A stretch of 64,000 nucleotides of DNA from Eledone cirrhosa (Eukaryota): the NCBI GenBank assembly GCA_964016885.1, contig OZ024763.1, forward strand, positions 17,236,001 through 17,300,000, in the 5' to 3' direction. Shown in pieces: positions 11,312-25,889 of the stretch. The notes beneath the pieces were generated by a model. That model made no database searches. It had not been told where the DNA came from and saw only the letters and a program-made list of their open reading frames with translations. Numbering within the stretch: position 1 is the stretch's first letter; each line of letters starts with the position of its first letter. Made by a program: the position numbers and the translations under genes.

Positions 11312-12112
11312 CAATGTTACATGGCAGTGAGACATGGGCATTGTGTGCAGAGGATATACGCAGACTGGATAGAAACGAAGCTTGCATGCTCCGTTGGATG
11401 TGTAATAGTAATATACGCGAATGGCAAAGCATAAACGAACTAAGGGAGAAATTAGAAATAAGAGGGATCAGATGCTGTTTACTCGAGAGAGGACTACATT
11501 GGTATGGTCACGTGATGCGCGTGAAAGACGACAGCTGTATAAAAAAAGTGCAGGGCAATAAAAATAGACGGTAGCCACGGAGTAGGCAGACCCAGAAAAA
11601 CCTGGGACGACTTGATAAATTCCGACCTCACACACTTACACCTCTCCAAGACAATGTCACTGGACCAAAATCTTTGCTGCTACACAGTAATACAGAAGAC
11701 CCGCCTTGCCTAAGTACAAAGTGAAACCTACAGTAAGTAGGCACCTCTTAACCAAAAATACACCCCCATCCCACTACCCCAACTCCTCCACTCCCATCTA
11801 CACCACCCCTTTCTCTGTAAAGTTATGTTGGTGCCACAACATCCAGTCCTAAATAAATGAGGTTGTGTAGGTGTCACGACAAAAAACACACAGTCCACGC
11901 TGTAATGTGGCCGTGTAGGTAACACGGTAAAAAGTTCCCAGTTCCACACTGTAAATGTGGTTGGTGTTAGGAAGTAGGAAGGGCATCCAGCCGTAGAAAA
12001 CCTGCCAGATAGTCCTATATGAGTGAGACACGGTCACCCGACCAACCTTGCCTCAAGTGGGACAATTCTCGTCTAAACCCAGGCTAGCTTGGAAGATAGA
12101 CGTTAAATGATG
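11308..12112 (+). mobile_element. 5'-truncated RTE LINE (RT C-terminal part plus 3' UTR)
   Basis: AMLHGSETWAL...EACMLRWMC...GLHWYGHVMR is typical of RTE RT C-termini; (ATG)n tail. Confidence 0.9.
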
Positions 12113-12144
12113 ATATATATATGTATATATATATATATATATAT

Positions 12145-12519
12145 ATGTTCCGTTGGATGTGCAGTGTAAATGTGCGTGAACGACCCAGCATAAATGTGTT
12201 GAGAGAGAAACTGTGTCTGAGAGGGATAGAATGTAGTGTGCGGGAGAGGAGACTGCGGTGGTATGGACGTGTGATGCGCATGGAGGATGACCGATGGGTG
12301 AAGAAGTGCCAGGAAATGCCAGTTGAAGGAAGACGTGGTAGAGGTAGACCACGAAAAACATGGGCGGAGGTGGTGAGAACAGACTTCAGATTGCTGAAGC
12401 TCACGGCGGAGATGACGAAGGACCGTGACGAGTGGAGAGATGCTGTGCTGAATAGGACCCGTCCCACCCTTGCGAGCAGGGAAAAGTGGTCGTAAAATGA
12501 TGATGATGATGATGATGAT
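12145..12519 (+). mobile_element. 5'-truncated RTE LINE
   Basis: RRLRWYGRVMRMEDDRWVKKC..VEGRRGRGRPRKTW...DRDEWR; (ATG)n tail. Confidence 0.9.
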
Positions 12520-12795
12520 ATATATATATATATAGCCATTATAGTGTTCGGCCAGCCCCTACCGTAAGGACTGAAAACTGTAGGGTGTGGTTAGGAATGG
12601 TGAAGTGTTTATTATCCTATTTCACATTGATGTTAGGACATATAACCTTCTCATTATCTTCTCTCTGCCCCCCCCCCCCCCCCTCTCTGCCCCTCTCTTT
12701 CTTTCTTCAGCTCTGCTCTCCCTCTTTCTCTCTCTCTCTCATCCCTTCCTCTCTCTCTCTCTCCCACCCCATCTTACGCTTTAAATATATAAACT

Positions 12796-12826
<31 letters not shown>

Positions 12827-13439
12827 GCATGTGTGTGTGTATGTTTATATATATATATGTGTGTGTATGTTTATATATATATATGTGTGTGTGTGTTTAT
12901 ATATATATATGTGTGTGTGTATGTTTATATATATATGTGTGTGTGTGTGTTTATATATATGTGTGTGTGTGTGTTTATATATATATATGTGTGTGTGTGT
13001 GTATGTTTATATATATATATGTGTGTGTGTTTATATATATGTGTGTGTGTGTTTATATATATATATATGTGTGTGTGTTTATATATATATGTGTGTGTGT
13101 GTTTATATATATGTGTGTGTGTGTTTATATATATATATATGTGTGTGTGTTTATATATATGTGTGTGTGTATGTTTATATATATATATGTGTGTGTGTGT
13201 GTTTATATATATATATGTGTGTGTGTGTGTTTATATATATATATGTGTGTGTGTGTGTATGTTTATATATATATGTGTGTGTGTGTGTTTATATATATAT
13301 ATGTGTGTGTGTGTATGTTTATATATATATGTGTGTGTGTGTATGTTTATATATATATATGTGTGTGTGTTTGTGTGTGTTTATATATATATATGTATGT
13401 ATGTGTGTGTGTATGTATATATATATATATATATAAATA

Positions 13440-13483
<44 letters not shown>

Positions 13484-13631
13484 GCGAAACTCCAGAGTAA
13501 CAAGACTCATTATTTAGCCTTTAATAAAATGAATATATATACATACATACATACATATATATCTCTATCTTTATATATATACATCCATACACACACACGT
13601 GTGTGTGTGTGTATACATATATATGTGTGTA

Positions 13632-13663
<32 letters not shown>

Positions 13664-13704
13664 CATCCATACACACACACGTGTGTGGGTGTGTGTGTAT
13701 ACAT

Positions 13705-13738
<34 letters not shown>

Positions 13739-13803
13739 ATATATAAATGTATGTGTGTATATCTCTATATAATATCAGTAGTTCCATCTATATGATGTAT
13801 ATT

Positions 13804-13957
13804 TTATAAGCCGTCAATGTTCACATATTGATGGTCATTTGGTCTGACCCGGTTGGCGCCAATTTCCTTAAATGCCGGCCACATCTGGAAAATCCTAAGT
13901 GACTGGACAATTGCTGTGTAATGGCTAATACCATTAGAGAACTGCTGCCATTTACCA
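13804..13957 (-). CDS. Candidate terminal coding exon of an unidentified gene
   Basis: Non-repetitive island; acceptor tgtcAG; open frame GKWQQFSNGISHYTAIVQSLRIFQMWPAFKEIGANRVRPNDHQYVNIDGL*. Confidence 0.35.
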
Positions 13958-13964
13958 CTGACAA

Positions 13965-14460
13965 TACCACCAACACCACCACCATGACCACCACCACCAC
14001 CACCACTACTAATACTACCACTACCACCACCACCATCACTACTAATACTACTACCACCACCACCACCAATACCACCACCACCACCACCACCATGACCACT
14101 ACCAACACCACCTCCACTACCACCAGCACCACCACCACCAACACCACCACCACCAACACTACCATGACCATCACCACCACCACCATCACCCCCCCCACTC
14201 TCACCCCCCCCCCCCCCCCCCACACACACCATCACCACCACTACCACCACCACCACCATCACTACCACCACTGCCATCACAACAACCACCACCACTACCA
14301 CAACAACCACCACCACCACCACCACTACCACCACCACCATCACTACAACCCCCACCACCACTGCCATCACAACAACCACCACCACCATCACAACAACCAC
14401 CACCACTGCCATCACAACAACCACCACCACCACAACCACAACCACCACCACCACCACCAC
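13965..14460. repeat. Degenerate (CAC/CAA/CAT)n trinucleotide tract
   Basis: Directly visible. Confidence 0.95.
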
Positions 14461-14703
14461 CTCTCTCATCACCCCCCTCTCCACCACCAGTTATATATGA
14501 CTAAATAATAGCTATATTTGTTATATATTATATTATAAACCCACTCTGGTATTCTCCACAACATGGCTAGACTCCTCGTAACTCTTATTCACTTAATCCT
14601 TGGAAATCTTGGCACCCCCCCCCCCCTCTCTCTCACTCTCTCTGTATATATACACACACACACACCGCTCACTACCTCTCTCTCTCTCTGTTTCCCTTTC
14701 CCT

Positions 14704-14761
<58 letters not shown>

Positions 14762-15189
14762 ATCTCACTACCTCTCCTTCTTTCTCTCTCTCTCTGTTTC
14801 CCTTTCCCTACTTCTCTCTCTCTCTCACTCTCTCCCTAACTCTCTTTCTATCTCACTACCTCTCCTTCTTTCTCTCTCTCTCTCTGTTTCCCTTTCCCTA
14901 CTTCTCTCTCTCTCACTCTCTCCCTAACTCTCTTTCTATCTCACTACCTCTCATTAACCCTAACTCTAACTCTCCTTCTCTCCTTCCTTCCTCTTCTCTT
15001 TCCTTCCCCTCTCTCTCTCTAAATCTTCCCTCCCTCCCCTTTCTCTCTCTAAATCTTCCCTCCCTCCCCTTTCTCTCCTCTTCCCACCCTAAATGTACTC
15101 CTATTTTCCTTGTTATTCTTTCTTTTTCTTTTATTTTTACTCACATCTCTTTTCTCCCATTCCTCTCTCTCCCAAACATGCCCACTTCT

Positions 15190-15320
15190 CCTTTTTTCTA
15201 CCTTCCGAGGAAGGACTAGCAACCGAAACGCCAAGACTCTTTTTGAACTCTACAAAGCACTAAATTAATATATTACCATTGTATTACATTGTGTGCTCTT
15301 TTGTTAACTTTCTTACACTC
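15190..15320 (+). mobile_element. Degenerate PLE family G copy
   Basis: cttccgaggaaggactagcaaccgaaacgccaagac aligns to 25366-25402, 41600-41630 and 62400-62425. Confidence 0.55.
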
Positions 15321-15409
15321 ACACACAAACACACACAGACACACTCTCTTTCTCTCTCTCACTCACACGCTCACAAAAACTCACACGCACATATTCACAC
15401 ACACATTCA

Positions 15410-16720
15410 CACATTCACACACTCTCAAACTCCCACACACTCACATAAACTCCCACACACTCACATAAACTCTTACACACACACACACATTCACACACTC
15501 TCAAACTCCCACACACTCACATAAACTCTTACACACACACACACATTCACACACTCTCAAACTCCCACACACTCACATAAACTCTTACACACACACACAC
15601 ATTCACACACTCTCAAACTCCCACACACTCACATAAACTCTTACACACACACACACATTCACACACTCTCAAACTCCCACACACTCACATAAACTCTTAC
15701 ACACACACACACATTCACACACTCTCAAACTCCCACACACTCACATAAACTCTTACACACACACACACATTCACACACTCTCAAACTCCCACACACTCAC
15801 ATAAACTCTTACACACACACACACATTCACACACTCTCAAACTCCCACACACTCACATAAACTCTTACACACACACACACATTCACACACTCTCAAACTC
15901 CCACACACTCACATAAACTCTTACACACACACACACATTCACACACTCTCAAACTCCCACACACTCACATAAACTCTTACACACACACACACATTCACAC
16001 ACTCTCAAACTCCCACACACTCACATAAACTCTTACACACACACACACATTCACACACTCTCAAACTCCCACACACTCACATAAACTCTTACACACACAC
16101 ACACATTCACACACTCTCAAACTCCCACACACTCACATAAACTCTTACACACACACACACATTCACACACTCTCAAACTCCCACACACTCACATAAACTC
16201 TTACACACACACACACATTCACACACTCTCAAACTCCCACACACTCACATAAACTCTTACACACACACACACATTCACACACTCTCAAACTCCCACACAC
16301 TCACATAAACTCTTACACACACACACACATTCACACACTCTCAAACTCCCACACACTCACATAAACTCTTACACACACACACACATTCACACACTCTCAA
16401 ACTCCCACACACTCACATAAACTCTTACACACACACACACATTCACACACTCTCAAACTCCCACACACTCACATAAACTCTTACACACACACACACATTC
16501 ACACACTCTCAAACTCCCACACACTCACATAAACTCTTACACACACACACACATTCACACACTCTCAAACTCCCACACACTCACATAAACTCTTACACAC
16601 ACACACACATTCACACACTCTCAAACTCCCACACACTCACATAAACTCTTACACACACACACACATTCACACACTCTCAAACTCCCACACACTCACATAA
16701 ACTCTTACACACACACACAT
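15410..16720. repeat. 56-bp CA-rich minisatellite, about 23 essentially identical copies
   Basis: attcacacactctcaaactcccacacactcacataaactcttacacacacacacac at 15489, 15545, 15601... Confidence 0.95.
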
Positions 16721-16849
16721 TAATGACAGGCTTTTATACAGCCTTCATCTACCAAATTATACTCACAGGGTTCTGATCAAACCAACACTGACCCCAGCCC
16801 CATGATGGGATGCAATAGGGATTGAACTGAGGACTACATAGTGGGATTG

Positions 16850-19800
16850 ACCCTAAGACCCCATGGTGGCAGCTAGTAGGGGTTGACCTAAGGACCCTAC
16901 GGTGGTAAACAGGAGTTGAAGCCAAGGACCCCATGGTGTAATCAGTAGGGATTGAGACAAGACCCCATGGTGGTAGGTAGTAGGGGTTGAAGACAAGGAC
17001 CCCCATGGTTGTGGCAGGCTGTAGGGGTTGAACTGTGGACCCTATGGTGGCAGGCTGTAGGGTTGGACCTAGGACCCCATGGTGGCAAGCTGTAGGGGTT
17101 GAACTGTGGACCCCACGGTGACAGTCTGTAGGGGTTGAACTGTGGACCCTATGGTGGCAGGCTGTAGGGTTGGACCTAGGACCCCATGGTGGCAAGCTGT
17201 AGGGGTTGAACTGTGGACCCCACGGTGACAGTCTGTAGGGGTTGAACTGTGGACCCTATGGTGGCAGGCTGTAGGGTTGGACCTAGGACCCCATGGTGGC
17301 AAGCTGTAGGGGTTGAACTGTGGACCCCACGGTGACAGTCTGTAGGGGTTGAACTGTGGACCCTATGGTGGCAGGCTGTAGGGATTGAACTGTGGACCCT
17401 ATGGTGGCAGGCTGTAGGGGTTGAACTGTGGACCCTATGGTGGCAGGCTGTAGGGGTTGAACTGTGGACCCTATGGTGGCAGGCTGTAGGGGTTGAACTG
17501 TGGACCCTATGGTGGCAAGCTGTAGGGGTTGAACTGTGGACCTCATGGTGGCAAGCTGTAGGGGTTGAACTGTGGACCCCATGGTGGCAAGCTGTAGGGG
17601 TTGAACTGTGGACCCCATGGTGGCAGGCTGTAGGGGTTGAACTGTGGACCCTATGGTGGCAGGTTGTAGAGTTTGAACTGTGGACCCCATGGTGGCAAGC
17701 TGTAGGGGTTGAACTGTGGACCCTATGGTGGCAAGCTGTAGGGGTTGAACTGTGGACCCTATGGTGGCAAGCTGTAGGGGTTGAACTGTGGACCCCATGG
17801 TGGCAGGCTGTAGGGGTTGAACTGTGGACCCTATGGTGGCAGGTTGTAGAGTTTGAACTGTGGACCCCATGGTGGCAGGCTGTAGGGGTTGAACTGTGGA
17901 CCCCATGGTGGCAGGCTGTAGGGGTTGAACTGTGGACCCTATGGTGGCAAGCTGTAGGGGTTGAACTGTGGACCCTATGGTGGCAGGCTGTAGGGGTTGA
18001 ACTGTGGACCCTATGGTGGCAGGTTGTAGAGTTTGAACTGTGGACCCCATGGTGGCAGGCTGTAGGGGTTGAACTGTGGACCCTATGGTGGCAGGTTGTA
18101 GAGTTTGAACTGTGGACCCCATGGTGGCAGGCTGTAGGGGTTGAACTGTGGACCCCATGGTGGCAGGCTGTAGGGGTTGAACTGTGGACCCTATGGTGGC
18201 AAGCTGTAGGGGTTGAACTGTGGACCCTATGGTGGCAGGCTGTAGGGGTTGAACTGTGGACCCCACGGTGGAAGGCTGTAGGGGTTGAACTGTGGACCCC
18301 ATGGTGGCAGGCTGTAGAGTTTGAACTGTGGATCCCATGGTGGCAGGTTGTAGGGGTTGAACTGTGGACCCCATGGTGGCAGGCTGTAGGGGTTGAACTG
18401 TGGACCCCACGGTGGAAGGCTGTAGGGGTTGAACTGTGGACCCCATGGTGGCAGGTTGTAGGGGTTGAACTGTGGACCCTATGGTGGCAGGCTGTAGGGG
18501 TTGAACTGTGGACCCCATGGTGGCAGGCTGTAGGGGTTGAACTGTGGACCCCACGGTGGAAGGCTGTAGGGGTTGAACTGTGGACCCCATGGTGGCAGGT
18601 TGTAGGGGTTGAACTGTGGACCCCATGGTGGCAAGCTGTAGGGGTTGAACTGTGGACCCTATGGTGGCAGGCTGTAGGGGTTGAACTGTGGACCCCATGG
18701 TGGCAGGCTGTAGGGGTTGAACTGTGGACCCTATGGTGGCAGGCTGTAGGGGTTGAACTGTGGACCCCATGGTGGCAAGCTGTAGGGGTTGAACTGTGGA
18801 CCCTATGGTGGCAGGCTGTAGGGGTTGAACTGTGGACCCCACGGTGGCAGGCTGTAGGGGTTGAACTGTGGACCCCATGGTGGCAGGCTGTAGGGGTTGA
18901 ACTGTGGACCCTATGGTGGCAAGCTGTAGGGGTTGAACTGTGGACCCCACGGTGGAAGGCTGTAGGGGTTGAACTGTGGACCCTATGGTGGCAAGCTGTA
19001 GGGGTTGAACTGTGGACCCCATGGTGGCAGGCTGTAGGGGTTGAACTGTGGACCCCATGGTGGCAGGCTGTAGGGGTTGAACTGTGGACCCTATGGTGGC
19101 AGGCTGTAGGGGTTGAACTGTGGACCCCACGGTGGAAGGCTGTAGGGGTTGAACTGTGGACCCCACGGTGGAAGGCTGTAGGGGTTGAACTGTGGACCCT
19201 ATGGTGGCAAGCTGTAGGGGTTGAACTGTGGACCCTATGGTGGCAAGCTGTAGGGGTTGAACTGTGGACCCCATGGTGGCAGGCTGTAGAGTTTGAACTG
19301 TGGACCCCACGGTGGCAAGCTGTAGGGGTTGAACTGTGGACCCTATGGTGGCAGGCTGTAGGGGTTGAACTGTGGACCCCATGGTGGCAGGCTGTAGGGG
19401 TTGAACTGTGGTCCCCACGGTGGAAGGCTGTAGGGGTTGAACTGTGGACCCTATGGTGGCAGGTTGTAGAGTTTGAACTGTGGACCCCATGGTGGCAGGT
19501 TGTAGGGGTTGAACTGTGGACCCCATGGTGGCAGGCTGTAGGGGTTGAACTGTGGACCCTATGGTGGCAGGCTGTAGGGGTTGAACTGTGGACCCCACGG
19601 TGGAAGGCTGTAGGGGTTGAACTGTGGACCCCATGGTGGCAGGCTGTAGAGTTTGAACTGTGGACCCCATGGTGGCAAGCTGTAGGGGTTGAACTGTGGA
19701 CCCTATGGTGGCAGGCTGTAGGGGTTGAACTGTGGACCCTATGGTGGCAGGCTGTAGGGGTTGAACTGTGGACCCCATGGTGGCAGGCTGTAGGGGTTGA

Positions 19801-22337
19801 ACTGTGGACCCCATGGTGGCAGGTTGTAGAGTTTGAACTGTGGACCCCATGGTGGCAGGCTGTAGGGGTTGAACTGTGGACCCCATGGTGGCAGGCTGTA
19901 GGGGTTGAACTGTGGACCCCATGGTGGCAGGCTGTAGGGGTTGAACTGTGGACCCCATGGTGGCAGGCTGTAGGGGTTGAACTGTGGACCCCATGGTGGC
20001 AGGCTGTAGGGGTTGAACTGTGGACCCCACGGTGGCAGGCTGTAGAGTTTGAACTGTGGACCCCATGGTGGCAGGCTGTAGGGGTTGAACTGTGGACCCC
20101 ATGGTGGCAGGCTGTAGGGGTTGAACTGTGGACCCCACGGTGGCAGGCTGTAGGGGTTGAACTGTGGACCCCATGGTGGCAAGCTGTAGGGGTTGAACTG
20201 TGGACCCCATGGTGGCAGGCTGTAGGGGTTGAACTGTGGACCCCATGGTGGCAGGCTGTAGGGGTTGAACTGTGGACCCCACGGTGGCAGGCTGTAGGGG
20301 TTGAACTGTGGACCCCATGGTGGCAAGCTGTAGGGGTTGAACTGTGGACCCCATGGTGGCAGGCTGTAGGGGTTGAACTGTGGACCCCATGGTGGCAGGC
20401 TGTAGGGATTGAACTGTGGACCCCATGGTGGCAAGCTGTAGGGGTTGAACTGTGGACCCCATGGTGGCAAGCTGTAGGGATTGAACTGTGGACCCTATGG
20501 TGGCAAGCTGTAGGGGTTGAACTGTGGACCCCACGGTGGCAGGCTGTAGGGGTTGAACTGTGGACCCCACGGTGGCAGGCTGTAGGGGTTGAACTGTGGA
20601 CCCCACGGTGGCAGGCTGTAGGGGTTGAACTGTGGACCCCACGGTGGCAGGCTGTAGGGGTTGAACTGTGGACCCCACGGTGGCAGGCTGTAGGGGTTGA
20701 ACTGTGGACCCCACGGTGGCAGGCTGTAGGGGTTGAACTGTGGACCCCATGGTGGCAAGCTGTAGGGGTTGAACTGTGGACCCCATGGTGGCAAGCTGTA
20801 GGGGTTGAACTGTGGACCCCATGGTGGCAGGCTGTAGGGGTTGAACTGTGGACCCCACGGTGGCAGGCTGTAGGGGTTGAACTGTGGACCCCATGGTGGC
20901 AAGCTGTAGGGGTTGAACTGTGGACCCCATGGTGGCAGGCTGTAGGGGTTGAACTGTGGACCCCATGGTGGCAAGCTGTAGGGGTTGAACTGTGGACCCC
21001 ATGGTGGCAGGCTGTAGGGGTTGAACTGTGGACCCCATGGTGGCAAGCTGTAGGGGTTGAACTGTGGACCCCATGGTGGCAGGCTGTAGAGTTTGAACTG
21101 TGGACCCCATGGTGGCAAGCTGTAGGGGTTGAACTGTGGACCCCACGGTGGCAGGCTGTAGGGGTTGAACTGTGGACCCCATGGTGGCAAGCTGTAGGGG
21201 TTGAACTGTGGACCCTATGGTGGCAAGCTGTAGGGGTTGAACTGTGGACCCTATGGTGGCAAGCTGTAGGGGTTGAACTGTGGACCCTATGGTGGCAAGC
21301 TGTAGGGGTTGAACTGTGGACCCTATGGTGGCAGGCTGTAGGGGTTGAACTGTGGACCCCACGGTGGCAAGCTGTAGGGGTTGAACTGTGGACCCTATGG
21401 TGGCAGGCTGTAGGGGTTGAACTGTGGACCCCACGGTGGAAGGCTGTAGGGGTTGAACTGTGGACCCCACGGTGGAAGGCTGTAGGGGTTGAACTGTGGA
21501 CCCCATGGTGGCAAGCTGTAGGGGTTGAACTGTGGACCCTATGGTGGCAGGCTGTAGGGGTTGAACTGTGGACCCCATGGTGGCAAGCTGTAGGGGTTGA
21601 ACTGTGGACCCCATGGTGGCAAGCTGTAGGGGTTGAACTGTGGACCCCATGGTGGCAAGCTGTAGGGGTTGAACTGTGGACCCCATGGTGGCAAGCTGTA
21701 GGGGTTGAACTGTGGACCCCATGGTGGCAGGCTGTAGGGGTTGAACTGTGGACCCCACGGTGGAAGGCTGTAGGGGTTGAACTGTGGACCCTATGGTGGC
21801 AGGCTGTAGGGGTTGAACTGTGGACCCCATGGTGGCAAGCTGTAGGGGTTGAACTGTGGACCCCATGGTGGCAAGCTGTAGGGGTTGAACTGTGGACCCC
21901 ATGGTGGCAGGCTGTAGGGGTTGAACTGTGGACCCCACGGTGGAAGGCTGTAGGGGTTGAACTGTGGACCCTATGGTGGCAGGCTGTAGGGGTTGAACTG
22001 TGGACCCCATGGTGGCAAGCTGTAGGGGTTGAACTGTGGACCCCATGGTGGCAGGCTGTAGGGGTTGAACTGTGGACCCTATGGTGGCAAGCTGTAGGGG
22101 TTGAACTGTGGACCCTATGGTGGCAAGCTGTAGGGGTTGAACTGTGGACCCCATGGTGGCAGGCTGTAGAGGTTGAACTGTGGACCCCATGGTGGCAAGC
22201 TGTAGGGGTTGAACTGTGGACCCCATGGTGGCAAGCTGTAGGGGTTGAACTGTGGACCCCATGGTGGCAAGCTGTAGGGGTTGAACTGTGGACCCCATGG
22301 TGGCAGGCTGTAGGGGTTGAACTGTGGACCCCATGGT
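16850..22337. repeat. 36-bp minisatellite, about 150 copies
   Basis: gctgtaggggttgaactgtggaccccatggtggcag; degenerates towards the left edge. Confidence 0.97.
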
Positions 22338-22589
22338 TGTTTTCATGACATATTTAGCAGTTGAGGTGATGACTGTCATTATATTATTATTAATATTATT
22401 GTTGTATTATTTATCAGTTTGTTACCAATGAGAATGTTAACGAAGATGTCGTACTAATTAGCTGCCAATGGTTCCCTAGAGACTTTATCTCCTCAGATAT
22501 TAAGTGAAAATAATGTGGTGTTGCTTATACATTAATAAAAGGACATATGTATGTACGTACATACGTACAGTAATGTGAGGACATACGTA

Positions 22590-22925
22590 CATACACACAT
22601 ACATAGATACATTAATACATACATAATCACATACATACACACATACATAGATACATTAATACATACATAATCACATACATACACACATACATAGATACAT
22701 TAATACATACATAATCACATACATACACACATACATAGATACATTAATGCATACATAATCACATACATACACGCATACATAGATACATTAATGCATACAT
22801 AATCACATACATACACGCATACATAGATACATTAATGCATACATAATCACATACATACACACATACATAGATACATTAATACATACATAATCACATACAT
22901 ACACACATATATAAACATACATAGA
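22590..22925. repeat. 44-bp tandem repeat, about 7 copies
   Basis: tagatacattaat at 22604, 22648, 22692... Confidence 0.9.
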
Positions 22926-23114
22926 TACACACATACATACATTGACAGGACATACATCGAGAGGACATACATACATACACACACACATACATTAATGAGA
23001 GGACATACATACACACATACACACACATACACACACACACACACACATACACACACACACACACACTTACACTCTCACACTCTCAGCAAGATCTCTTATT
23101 CCCTGACAGGAAAA

Positions 23115-23186
<72 letters not shown>

Positions 23187-23358
23187 GGGAAAAAAACACA
23201 CATATACATAGATTTATACAGAGACATACACCTACACACACATCCACACATATATACACACACACACCTACACACCCACCCACTCAGCCTTCTCCACCTA
23301 CACATACAATTCAAAGAAAAACAGCAATATATATATATATATACACACACAGATATTA

Positions 23359-23389
<31 letters not shown>

Positions 23390-23390
<1 letters not shown>

Positions 23391-23915
23391 CTCTGCGGCA
23401 TAGAGATACGGCCCTTTACCTTCTGAGTTCTAATCCCGCCGAGGATAGTTTTGCCTTTCATCCTTCCAATGGGGTGTGATAAAATAAAGTACCAGTAACA
23501 CACTGGGATCGATTTTGCCCTCATAAAATTGGTGGCGGTGGATTGGCAGTATCAGTAGAGGGTCGGGGCGCCATGCTTTCCAGCATAGAGTTACGGCCCT
23601 TTACGGTCTGAGTTCAAATCCCACCAAGGTTGACTTTGCCTTTCATCCTTACGGGGTCGATAAAATACAGTACCAGTGATGCACTGGGGTAATTGCTGGC
23701 CTTGTGCCTAAAGTAGAAACAATTATTATTATTATTATTATTAAGGCAGTATTGGTAGAGCATCAGACACCAATCTTTGCAGCATAGAGTTATGGCCCTT
23801 TACGTTCTGAGTTCAAATCCTGCCGAGGTTAGATTTGCCTTTCATCCTTACGGGGTCAATAAGATAAAATACCAGTAATGCACTGGGGTAATTGCTGGCC
23901 TTGTGCCTAAATCAG
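23390..23915 (+). mobile_element. Three tandem copies of SINE family S2
   Basis: B box gagttcaaatccc, core gactttgcctttcatccttacggggtcgataaaa, (ATT)n tail. Confidence 0.8.
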
Positions 23916-23994
23916 AAACCATTAGTAGTGTTTATTGCCGGATCAACTCTTCATATGTTTCCAAATCGTTTGCCAAAGTGGTGAATTATATATA

Positions 23995-24517
23995 TCTATA
24001 TAAGAGAGATGTTTATTGGTGGGTTGGGGGGTGGGTGGGTGGCTTGGTGGGTTGGTTGGTTGGTGGGTTGGTTGGTGGGTTGGTTGGATGGTGGGTTGGT
24101 TGGTTGGTGGGTTGGTGGGTGGGTGGGTTGGTTGGTGGGTTGGTTGGTTGGTCCCACGGAAACTATACACACACGCACACACATCTAAAGAGAGAGAGAG
24201 GCACACAGAGGGAGAGGCAGAGAGAGAGAGAGAGAGTGACGTCCCACAAAAGTCTAGAATTGGTTTAAACCGTGTTTCAGATGACGTCCTTTGGAGCCGA
24301 AAATGATCGTATTGATTATTGTTATTTCACAACATTTAAAATCCAAGGCCAATGCTATCATTTAAGCCGCAGTTTACTCCCCCCCCCCGCCTAATAAGGA
24401 AGTTTTATGATTGTTTTTTTATGTCACTCACACACACACATATCCAATACAGTCTTTTTCTCTTTCATCCGTCTTCTCTTAACTGTTTTCCAAGGCCAAG
24501 CCGGGTACCTCGGCTAG
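23995..24517 (+). mobile_element. Non-autonomous Helitron-like element with internal (TTGG)n
   Basis: Begins a|TCtatataaga and ends agccgggtacctcggCTAG|t with a subterminal hairpin; sits between A and T. Confidence 0.65.
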
Positions 24518-25235
24518 TATATAATGAACATAAACTAAATGATCAACATTAAAAGCTACAATAATGTGGAAGACATCCATGTACATAATATGAAAGAGTA
24601 CTGGTGGAATGTTCCAGTAAAAACCCCAATAAAATGCAGGCATAACAGACCAGATATTATGATATGGGACAGGGAAAAGAAGGCATGGACAGTAGTGGAA
24701 ATTAGCTACCCAGCAGATGCCAATATAATATCAAAGATTAGCGAAAAGGAGAATATTTATGCAGAACTGATGAGAAATCTGCAGATACTCCATCCTGACT
24801 ATACCTTCAGATTTATACCTGTGATTATTGGGGCACTGGGATATGTTAGTAACTGCCTCAATACAAATCTTGCGAAGCTAGGCTTCACAGGAACAGAAAG
24901 AACACAACTAGTTAGGAAATTACAAGTACAATCCATTAATGGAACAGTAAAAATATGTAAAACATTCTAAAAATTCTGCATCTAATAACTGCATATACAC
25001 ATGTACAGATGCAAAGCATATACACATGCACACATACAACTCAAAACATACACATCCACAAATACAATAACATCGATACCTGCACACACACGCATGCATG
25101 CAGACATGCAGACATATCTACCTAGTTGATGTTGTGTAAATACCAATGAGAGAGTCTTGTGTCTGTGTTAGAAACCGACTCTCTCTCTCTATTGGAAAAA
25201 GTTTATAAAATTATAAGACCAGAGGAACATACATA
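24518..25235 (+). mobile_element. R4/Dong-like RLE non-LTR retrotransposon, 3' fragment
   Basis: Restriction-like endonuclease HNRPDIMIWD...VEISYP.D....EKENIY..L...FIPVIIGALG; 3' UTR ends in (CATA)n. Confidence 0.85.
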
Positions 25236-25365
25236 CATCATCATGATCATCATCGTCCATCTTCCACACTAGCATGGGTTACATATATATATATATTTTT
25301 ATCTAAAGACATTTTCTCCAATTCCATCCCACCCGTCCCCTCAATCTATTTTATTTCTCATTCTT

Positions 25366-25401
25366 TCTTCTGATGAAGGACTAGCGTCCGAAGCGGTGAG
25401 A
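25366..25401 (+). ncRNA. Degenerate minimal hammerhead, family G
   Basis: tctt-CTGATGA-a-ggac[tagc]gtcc-GAAg-cgg-tgaga; sibling copies retain GAAAC. Confidence 0.55.
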
Positions 25402-25486
25402 CCCTCTTCCTGCTACATCAAGCATTAACCTAATATATACCTTCTATATACTGTAGCGATTGTGTTGTTATTTCTGTTTACCTTTT

Positions 25487-25822
<336 letters not shown>

Positions 25823-25833
25823 CTATCTATCTA

Positions 25834-25888
<55 letters not shown>

Positions 25889-25889
25889 A

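Noticed and set aside
16850-22337. CRISPR-like 36-bp repeat
   Set aside because: Head-to-tail units without unique spacers, eukaryotic context and no cas genes.
22417-22506. Possible plus-strand exon FVTNENVNEDVVLISCQWFPRDFISSDIK
   Set aside because: Short and isolated, with no partner exon or recognisable homology.
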